From an uncultured Gammaproteobacteria bacterium (GTDB lineage: Bacteria; Patescibacteriota; Microgenomatia; UBA1406; HO2-37-13b): DNA of 51,069 nucleotides. Location: positions 98,272-149,340 of the forward strand of contig CAZTFB010000003.1 in NCBI GenBank assembly GCA_964612595.1, given 5' to 3'. Under the pieces are notes generated by a model, which saw only the letters and a program-made list of their open reading frames with translations, searched no databases and had not been told where the DNA came from. Of this stretch, positions 45,305 through 50,996 are shown piece after piece (position 1 is the stretch's first letter; each line of letters opens with the position of its first letter). Made by a program: the position numbers and the translations under genes.

Positions 45305-46746
45305 TTGTGCAGTTCCTCAACAAGTCGCTTAACATCCCCATTTATATTATCACCGCGCTTCGCGCGCTCCAACAACGATACCCCGACATCATCATTCCTC
45401 GGATCGTTCAATATCTTATGCAGCCGTGCATCAAACATTACCGTTTCGCCCATACTTCTTCCCTCAAATTTCGCAGGCGTCTCCGAAAAATACCTATACG
45501 CCTCATCAAACGTAAGCTTCTGGTTTGCATACAAAGCCTGCATAGCACACCATATCGCAAAAAGTGGCGAAGCCGGCATACGATCTGTTCCAAACATCAT
45601 ATTGACCCTCGCCTCATGTAGCGTCTTATGTGGCGATATCGCCGCGATTCTTTCTTCTCCCAACCGATCAACATACCCATAATCTGTTAAGAAATTCGGC
45701 TGTGGCCCAGCCCAGATGCCCATTTCTTTAATCCCCTCAATCGCCTCTTGCGAAGGTAGTTCAATATGTTCAACGCGGAATCTTGTACCGTCGAACCCGC
45801 GATCTTCTGCAATTCTTTGCCATGCTTCTGCGAGCTTGATTGCATCATCAATCGCCCTATCTCCTATCGCATGTACGGCAACCTCACGAACGCCAAGCTC
45901 TGCGGCTCTCCCCATGACCTCAATAGCAATGCTACTGTCCAAGGTTGAAAATCCATGCGGAAACTCTGTTTCGGGCTTCGCATCAGTGTAGTCTTCGTAC
46001 ATGTGTGCACTATGCGAACCAAGTGTTCCATCAAGGAGAAACTTAATGCCAATCCATTTAAGATCGTCTTGAGTAAGTTCACCGCTATGCAAAGCAGCCT
46101 TTATTTCTTCAACTGCATCTGGGCCAACCTGCCCTAAATGCATAATATAACCCCGTGTAATAGGGAAAGGCTCAGACCGCTCAGCCTCCCATTTCTTGCG
46201 CAGCTGAGCAATAATCACAAGATCTCGGCCGCTGCGCACACCCATATCATGCACATACGATATCCCAGATTTCACCCTCGACTCTAAAACTTTTTCAAGC
46301 GAATCCCTCAGCTCATCATCTCCTACAGATGCAAAGGCAATATTTTTTGCGACAGTCGCATAATGTTCGCTTACTTTTCCTTCATCGGTAATATTACCAT
46401 ACAGTTCTTTTCCTTCAGCAAAGGCTCGTACCTGTGAAAGCATTGCAGAATTTGCAATTCCCCCATGGTTTGATGGATCAAGAACCACAATCGGCAAACT
46501 TTGAGAAATAGCATCCAATTCTTCAGCGGTTATACCCATCTCAGCAGCTTTTCTGAAGAGAATGGACCCCTGGTAGCCACTTTCTATACGCTCAAGACAT
46601 TCCTGCTGAATAGAAGCAAGCATTTCGGCTTTTGTAGTTGCGTTTTCCAAGGAAGGATCGCGAAGTACACCAGAATATGCGTCGGCAATGACGTGATCGT
46701 GAGCGTCGGTAATGACTGGAAGTACAAGTCGCTCGGACGTTGACAT
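45289..46746 (-). CDS. amidohydrolase-family (Amidohydro_3-like) metal-dependent hydrolase
   Basis: 485-aa ORF. Has ITDAHDHV (HxH), VAVHAIGDRAID, FRVEHIELPS and MFGTDRMP, the ligand pattern of TIM-barrel amidohydrolases. Confidence 0.75.
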   Translation of the reverse strand: MSTSERLVLPVITDAHDHVIADAYSGVLRDPSLENATTKAEMLASIQQECLERIESGYQGSILFRKAAEMGITAEELDAISQSLPIVVLDPSNHGGIANSAMLSQVRAFAEGKELYGNITDEGKVSEHYATVAKNIAFASVGDDELRDSLEKVLESRVKSGISYVHDMGVRSGRDLVIIAQLRKKWEAERSEPFPITRGYIMHLGQVGPDAVEEIKAALHSGELTQDDLKWIGIKFLLDGTLGSHSAHMYEDYTDAKPETEFPHGFSTLDSSIAIEVMGRAAELGVREVAVHAIGDRAIDDAIKLAEAWQRIAEDRGFDGTRFRVEHIELPSQEAIEGIKEMGIWAGPQPNFLTDYGYVDRLGEERIAAISPHKTLHEARVNMMFGTDRMPASPLFAIWCAMQALYANQKLTFDEAYRYFSETPAKFEGRSMGETVMFDARLHKILNDPRNDDVGVSLLERAKRGDNINGDVKRLVEELHNTARS

Positions 46747-46761
46747 ACAGCCTTATTATAG

Positions 46762-46792
46762 CACGGCACGATCCTAAAAAGACACGGTCTTA
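46762..46792 (-). repeat. variant REP-like element copy 7 (inverted relative to copy 6)
   Basis: The reverse complement reads taagaccgtgtctttttaggatcgtgccgtg. Its terminal TTA (46790-46792) is the TAA stop of ndk. Confidence 0.7.
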
Positions 46793-47371
46793 TTTCATCA
46801 CTTCCTCATCTGTTCTGCGGTAGCTGTAGATGTCGTCAATATTAAACCAGAGACCAACCTCAAATGCCGCTTCTTCCACATTGCCCGATGCGTGGATAAG
46901 ATTTTTTATTGGGCGGTTACCATTGTTGGCAAGTGCTGATGAATCGAACGAGTAATCACCTCGAATAGTACCCATCTCTGCTTTAAGTGGAAGCGTATGC
47001 CCTACCATCTTACGTACGAGCTCAACTGCATGTGGGCCTTCAAGGACCATAGCGAACACAGGGCCAGAAGAGATAAAATCAACAAGCCATCCTTGAATTA
47101 CCTTACCAATTTCCATTGGGTCGTCGGTGCCGAGTTCTTTTTTTGCGTCTTTTCCTAGAGCTTCGTAGTTCTCAAGGGTTTTTTTACCCATGCCTTCAAT
47201 GAACTCCGTTCTATCGAGTGGATAGTGTTTATTTGCGAGTTCTTTGGTGACGAGCATCATGCGTGCAGCGACCAATTTGAGACCTACCTTTTCAAAGCGT
47301 CCAATGACTTCGCCAATTAAGCCGCGGGCTACCGCATCATGTTTGAGTACGACCAATGTTTGTTCTTTCAT
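46790..47371 (-). CDS. ndk: nucleoside diphosphate kinase (long form with an internal insertion)
   Basis: 193-aa ORF. Has EQTLVVLKHDAVARGLIGEVIGRFEKVGLKLVAARMM, GPVFAMVLEG, TIRGDY and NLIHASGNVEEA (active-site His). Confidence 0.8.
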   Translation of the reverse strand: MKEQTLVVLKHDAVARGLIGEVIGRFEKVGLKLVAARMMLVTKELANKHYPLDRTEFIEGMGKKTLENYEALGKDAKKELGTDDPMEIGKVIQGWLVDFISSGPVFAMVLEGPHAVELVRKMVGHTLPLKAEMGTIRGDYSFDSSALANNGNRPIKNLIHASGNVEEAAFEVGLWFNIDDIYSYRRTDEEVMK

Positions 47372-47527
47372 ATAGGGCTATATTAACTGGAATGAAGGAA
47401 TTTTGCAACTATGGTTTTATGGTTAACTTGTATACAATGAATAGGAGAATAGCAACAATGAGGAATAGGGCTAATCCTATGTTCGCTAAATTATTTGCTT
47501 TAATGAGTTCTTCGCTTTGTTTTTGGT

Positions 47528-47710
47528 TTAAGAGTGCCATTGTAAGAATATTGCAAAAACTAGTAACGATATGGCGCCCACAAAATTTGTTGTTACTGTA
47601 CGTATTTTGCTTCTAAAACTAACAAAAGTCAACCGTGGGACGATGAATATTGCACTGAACCACGTTGCAGAAAGGTTAATCAAGAAATCGGAAAGTATTA
47701 TGAATACCAT
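47528..47710 (-). CDS. small hydrophobic protein (hypothetical)
   Basis: 60-aa ORF with two hydrophobic stretches. On the minus strand TAAAAT (47717-47722) sits 6 nt before the ATG, the same leaderless layout as other host genes. It competes with an overlapping plus-strand ORF (47356..47616), judged less likely. Confidence 0.35.
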   Translation of the reverse strand: MVFIILSDFLINLSATWFSAIFIVPRLTFVSFRSKIRTVTTNFVGAISLLVFAIFLQWHS

Positions 47711-47775
47711 GGGAGTATTTTAGGAAATGAAGATTAAGAAATTGTTAGAAAGTTGGCGTAGAAGGAGTTGAAAAT

Positions 47776-47877
47776 ATGGCACAAAAAAACCGCCTCAGTA
47801 AGCTGTTTACTACTGGACTAGCAGATCTTCGCTGTCCAACCCCTGTCCTTGTCGGACAGAAAGTTCTATTCGTATAG
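47776..47877 (+). CDS. candidate 33-aa small ORF with canonical SD (uncertain; may instead be part of a structured RNA)
   Basis: GAAGGAG (47761-47767) lies 8 nt before ATG 47776. Reads MAQKNRLSKLFTTGLADLRCPTPVLVGQKVLFV*. It lies almost entirely within a long inverted repeat (arms about 47783-47815 and 47876-47904). Confidence 0.25.
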   Translation: MAQKNRLSKLFTTGLADLRCPTPVLVGQKVLFV

Positions 47878-47949
47878 TAATAAACAGCCTATCAAGGCGG
47901 TTATCCAGCTGTATTTGGGCTCTTGCTGCGCAAATACAGCTGGACTCAT
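47866..47949 (-). CDS. candidate 27-aa small ORF behind the conserved AAGGAG-CTGAG-ATG start module
   Basis: The minus strand reads gaaAAGGAGctgagATG AGT CCA ..., giving MSPAVFAQQEPKYSWITALIGCLLLYE*. The C-terminal half is hydrophobic. It overlaps the convergent 47776 ORF by 12 nt. Confidence 0.3.
   Translation of the reverse strand: MSPAVFAQQEPKYSWITALIGCLLLYE
47905..47943. repeat. second copy of the CCAGCTGTATTTG/CAAATACAGCTGG hairpin
   Basis: The 13-bp stem is identical to that at 35832-35872. The 13-nt loops are related when the copy at 47905 is read on the minus strand (GCAGGTAGCGC vs GCAGCAAGAGC on the minus strand). Confidence 0.8.
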
Positions 47950-48021
47950 CTCAGCTCCTTTTCTATGTAAAGAAGCTTAGAAGAGCGCCCCTGGTGATGA
48001 GCCAGGGGCTATCTCTGATGA
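47945..48021 (-). repeat. island intergenic module, copy A (hairpin GCCCCTGG-7 nt-CCAGGGGC plus SD/ATG box)
   Basis: ctcatctcagctccttttctatgtaaagaagcttagaagagcgcccctggtgatgagccaggggctatctctgatga. The left part matches copy B almost base for base. The right part (tatctctgatga) matches copy C. Confidence 0.85.
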
Positions 48022-48355
48022 CAGCAGACAATTTCAGGAGTCTACTCGTTCCTGAATCCTTTTGAATGTAGGATTAAACTGAGCAGTTGTTAACCATGCT
48101 CAGGGTTTTGCTAATTGTTCTTTCATCTCAGCTTTTTCGCCTTGATGTTGCACAACCACAATCAGCAAAGGTTATGCCAAGCCTTTTTGGGAGCTCACCC
48201 CCTGTTAGCTGACCAAAGGCTAACGTGGCTCTATCCGCAAGAGCATCGCGGGAATGGCTTTTCACTGTTGCCTTCGTACCATTCCTTGTCTGTTTTTAAC
48301 GTCCGCGGCAACTCGGACGGATGACAGGCGGATCGCGGATTCGCATTACGACCTC

Positions 48356-48793
48356 CTAGAAGTTATCTATGCCAACCCCGCCCGTTGAACGGGCGAGTTT
48401 GACAAGCACCGGATTTGACACCTCCATGGCAAAGCCATGGACCCGGGTTCCCGGGATCTCCGACGGCTTCAGCGCCGCAATGGAGGTGTCTTCGTCAGTA
48501 AGAACTACGATTTCAGGCCGGTAGAGCGCATCTCCAGCCTTGATCGCGTCCTCGATGTACTTATGGGCCGCACGGACTGCGGCCGCGATGTCCGTGCCGC
48601 CACCCGAGAAGTTCCCGTCTGCGAACTTTTTGATGAGTTCGCGGGCTTCTTCGGGGGTAGAGGCACGGTGGACAGTGCTGAGATTTGTGTCGAAGACCGA
48701 CACGAAAACCTCAGCATCACCGTCTAAGACGGCCTTGAGGCGGTTCAACACCTGCGAGCCGCCCACGACTGTCCTGCTGAAACCTGAGGACAC
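48356..48793 (-). CDS. vWA-domain protein, 5' end unresolved (possibly truncated or frameshifted)
   Basis: High GC3 frame. vWA pattern: FVSVFDT..., FSGGGTDIAAAV (MIDAS Thr loop), EIVVLTDEDT, VHGFAMEV, LARSTGGVGI. The first in-frame canonical start after the upstream gene's stop is GTG 48793, which would remove beta-strand 1 (KLAAYHVSSGFS). The ORF-track ATG 48937 lies in a low-GC3 frame overlapping the upstream gene by 101 nt. Confidence 0.5.
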   Translation of the reverse strand: MSSGFSRTVVGGSQVLNRLKAVLDGDAEVFVSVFDTNLSTVHRASTPEEARELIKKFADGNFSGGGTDIAAAVRAAHKYIEDAIKAGDALYRPEIVVLTDEDTSIAALKPSEIPGTRVHGFAMEVSNPVLVKLARSTGGVGIDNF

Positions 48794-48836
48794 GTGGTAT
48801 GCCGCGAGCTTTTTATTTTTTTTGGTGAGAGCTACC

Positions 48837-49328
48837 TCACCATGGACACTCGGTCGTCTCCGTGCCCGGGATCGCGGGCTCGCTGCCCCACACGAGGGCG
48901 TGCGAGCTCCAAAACGCGACGCTGTTGGGCGTCGCATTCCAATCCCAGGGCTCGGGTTCGGCCTTGTGCCCGATGAAAGCGGTGACGAGGACGTAGGCCC
49001 CCATCGCCGCCTCCGCGCCGTCGGCTATCTTGAGGATGACCACGACGGTCGAGCAAGGCTCGGGTTGGCGGTTCTTGACGAACCGTGTCAACCCGAACCT
49101 TTTGGGCCGCTGTGCGTATACGATCTGGTCGCCGGGCCCCGTGGCGACACAGACCGTCTCGCCGATTTGCCGACCGAAGTCGACCTCTTCGACGAGAAAT
49201 GCCCTGCCTCCAACGTCTATCTGCGCCAGTGCGGCTGGCAGGATTGCCGCGACTGACGCATGAAGGTGGGAGTTGTACCGGTCGAAGACCGGCTCTCCCC
49301 CCTTCAACGTGCCGATTTGATTCCCCAT
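48837..49328 (-). CDS. hypothetical protein (GC-rich island)
   Basis: 163-aa ORF with very high third-position GC. It has a strong SD: AGGAGG, 4 nt, then ATG (ttaAGGAGGtgtcATG). No family recognised. Confidence 0.65.
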   Translation of the reverse strand: MGNQIGTLKGGEPVFDRYNSHLHASVAAILPAALAQIDVGGRAFLVEEVDFGRQIGETVCVATGPGDQIVYAQRPKRFGLTRFVKNRQPEPCSTVVVILKIADGAEAAMGAYVLVTAFIGHKAEPEPWDWNATPNSVAFWSSHALVWGSEPAIPGTETTECPW

Positions 49329-49428
49329 GACACCTCCTTAAGGTTGTGAGGGGTTTATTACGGCGACAAAAGTAACGACTAAAATCTTAGTAATTACATC
49401 TGCCGCCGCAAAAAATCGGCTAATAATG

Positions 49429-49512
49429 TTAAATAACTTCCGTTCGGTTTATGGATTGATTACCATATTCCTGCTTGTCAATGTTCAGAGTTAAAGCCAC
49501 GCTTTCACTCAT
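49429..49512 (-). CDS. candidate 27-aa small ORF behind the conserved AAGGAG-CTGAG-ATG start module
   Basis: The minus strand reads gaaAAGGAGctgagATG AGT GAA ..., giving MSESVALTLNIDKQEYGNQSINRTEVI*. It lies in an AT-rich spacer between GC-rich genes. Confidence 0.35.
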   Translation of the reverse strand: MSESVALTLNIDKQEYGNQSINRTEVI

Positions 49513-49630
49513 CTCAGCTCCTTTTCAATGTAAAGAAGCTTAGAAGAGTGCCCCTGGTGATGAACCAGGGGCCTCCCCGATGTTTTACGTCATACGGGTG
49601 TTGACGGAGGATGGTCAGTCGTCCTCGTCC
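49508..49630 (-). repeat. island intergenic module, copy B (full length: acidic-tail codons, stop, CGTCA hairpin, GCCCCTGG hairpin, SD/ATG box)
   Basis: Shares ccgatgttttacgtca[tc]acgggtgttgacggaggatggt[ct]agtc with copy C. Shares ctcatctcagctcctttt...gaagag[ct]gcccctggtgatga with copy A. Confidence 0.85.
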
Positions 49631-49977
49631 GCCTGCTGGTGATTTGGCCCTTGCTGAGTGTGGCGTTGTTCTGCCTCAATCCTGCGGAGCCAGTTCTGGT
49701 GCCTCGTTCGCATACGTGTCGCCACGGCGTCGACAATTTCGTCCTTGTCGACGCCATTGTTCACGCCCATTTGAAGGGTCACCTCCTCATTCAGACGGGA
49801 GATGATTCTCATTGCGGTGTCACAACTGCCGGTGGCGAAGAGTACCTCGCGCCACTCTTTGCCATCTTCTTCAACGTGCCTCCTCACCACCTCAAAACGA
49901 GGTGGCCAGCCTCTCAAGCTGAGGAGGCGGTCCGTCAGCGTGATATTGAACAATTGGCAGAATTCATCGTTTCTCAC
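49615..49977 (-). CDS. hypothetical protein with acidic C-terminal tail (GC-rich island)
   Basis: 120-aa ORF with a GTG start preceded by AAAGGAG and a 7-nt spacer. Ends ...QQADEDD*. No family recognised. Confidence 0.6.
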   Translation of the reverse strand: MRNDEFCQLFNITLTDRLLSLRGWPPRFEVVRRHVEEDGKEWREVLFATGSCDTAMRIISRLNEEVTLQMGVNNGVDKDEIVDAVATRMRTRHQNWLRRIEAEQRHTQQGPNHQQADEDD

Positions 49978-50175
49978 CTTGTTACTCCTTTAGGTGTGAG
50001 CTTAGCTCATAGGCGGGTAAGGTTTTTGCTCTCTCGCGAGAGACATTGTGGGTACAAAAAACATGCAAAGTCGTCTTAGTACTCACAATGCCTCCCGTAA
50101 GGAGAACAACCAAATCCTGTCTAAAAAGTACACGGAGCAAAATTACTCCTCACAGCGCTTGATAATCTCAAGCGC

Positions 50176-50277
50176 TTTGAAGAGTGCCCCTGGTGATGAG
50201 TCAGGGGCTATCTCTGATGATTCCCGATGTTTTACGTCACACGGGTGTTGACGGAGGATGGTTAGTCCTCGTCGTCC
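50176..50277 (-). repeat. island intergenic module, copy C (acidic-tail codons, stop, CGTCA hairpin, GCCCCTGA/TCAGGGGC hairpin)
   Basis: tttgaagagtgcccctggtgatgagtcaggggctatctctgatgattcccgatgttttacgtcacacgggtgttgacggaggatggttagtcctcgtcgtc. Confidence 0.85.
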
Positions 50278-50996
50278 AGCGGGTTGAGGCTGCCGCAGAA
50301 CTCGTCGTCATGCGGGTCGTAGACCCGCTTGGCGACGACCGCGTCGTCGACCGTGTCGTCGACATCGTCGCCCTGCCCGCCCTTTTTCTCGTTTCGGCTC
50401 CGCCACGCGGCGGAGCCGAAGTTGTGCTCCGCTTCCCACTCGAACGAGTGGGGCTGGAGCACACGCTCCGCGCCGCTCCACACCCGGAGGGCATTGAACT
50501 CAATGCCCTGGATGTGGTCGCTCTGTCCCTCGATGACAATGAGGGACCTTTGCACCTGCGCCCGCAGCCGCAGGCCAACCACCGCAGCGGCCGCGGTGGA
50601 TTGGTTTGAATGTGCGTGGTGTTGACCACGCACAAGACTCACTGACGTGCGAGGCGGGAGGATTCGAACCTCCCAGCCCCCCTCCTTGAGGGGGCGTAGC
50701 GCCCCCTTCTTCATCCAGGGAAACCCCTGGATGGCGACGACGGTGCCCTCGAAGGCACCGTTGCCGACTACCTCCACCTGGCCTGCGCTGCTGCGGGCCT
50801 TGTAGCCCGCAGTGCTGACCAGCACCGGGGCGTCGGTATACCAGCCCGAAAAGGGCTGGCCGACGACCATGTTCACGAGGGGCCCGATTTCCGCGCCGTA
50901 GCGCAGAATCAGGCCCCCCTCGCTGTCCACGGTCACGTTGACCGTGGACAGCATGAGGACACGAGAGTACGTATCCACAAAGTACGCAGTGGTCAT
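50262..50996 (-). CDS. hypothetical protein with acidic C-terminal tail; the central part is an atypical, highly structured, tRNA-like segment
   Basis: 244-aa ORF with high GC3 at both ends (MTTAYFVDTYSRV... and ...DPHDDEFCGSLNPLDDED*). GC3 drops across about 50600-50670. An SD-like AAAGG lies 8 nt before the ATG. Confidence 0.5.
   Translation of the reverse strand: MTTAYFVDTYSRVLMLSTVNVTVDSEGGLILRYGAEIGPLVNMVVGQPFSGWYTDAPVLVSTAGYKARSSAGQVEVVGNGAFEGTVVAIQGFPWMKKGALRPLKEGGWEVRILPPRTSVSLVRGQHHAHSNQSTAAAAVVGLRLRAQVQRSLIVIEGQSDHIQGIEFNALRVWSGAERVLQPHSFEWEAEHNFGSAAWRSRNEKKGGQGDDVDDTVDDAVVAKRVYDPHDDEFCGSLNPLDDED
50648..50694 (-). other. tRNA-like 3' fragment (anticodon-arm-like hairpin, T arm, acceptor 3' strand), not a complete tRNA
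   Basis: The minus strand reads CCCCC-TCAAGGA-GGGGG GCTG GGAGG-TTCGAAT-CCTCC CGCCTCG CA. The T loop is a perfect GTTCGAATC consensus. No matching 5' acceptor strand or D arm lies upstream, and position 33 would be C. Confidence 0.4.

Noticed and set aside
1-47750. Alternative genetic code (UGA as Gly, code 25), considered because the genome looks CPR-like
   Set aside because: Many well-delimited genes end in TGA exactly where homologous domains end, often as ATGA overlaps (6265-6268, 17462-17465, 40180-40183). No conserved domain is interrupted by an in-frame TGA.
48321-48340. Possible eighth, degenerate REP copy (TGACAGGCGGATCGCGG) just downstream of the vWA gene
   Set aside because: It has only partial similarity to CCTGTCAGGATCGCGCC, lacks the GGACCAGGTCC palindrome, and lies in GC-rich DNA where such strings arise easily.
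47780-48350. Known housekeeping ncRNA (SRP/4.5S, 6S, tmRNA, RNase P) in the non-coding stretch at the island border
   Set aside because: I could not find the diagnostic motifs: the GGAA-capped SRP helix 8 with AGCA loops, or the tmRNA GGGG...CCACCA ends. Only generic hairpins are present.
50600-50720. A complete functional tRNA gene on the minus strand
   Set aside because: Only the anticodon-arm-like hairpin, the T arm and the 3' acceptor strand are present. No complementary 5' acceptor strand or D arm was found, and position 33 would be C instead of U.
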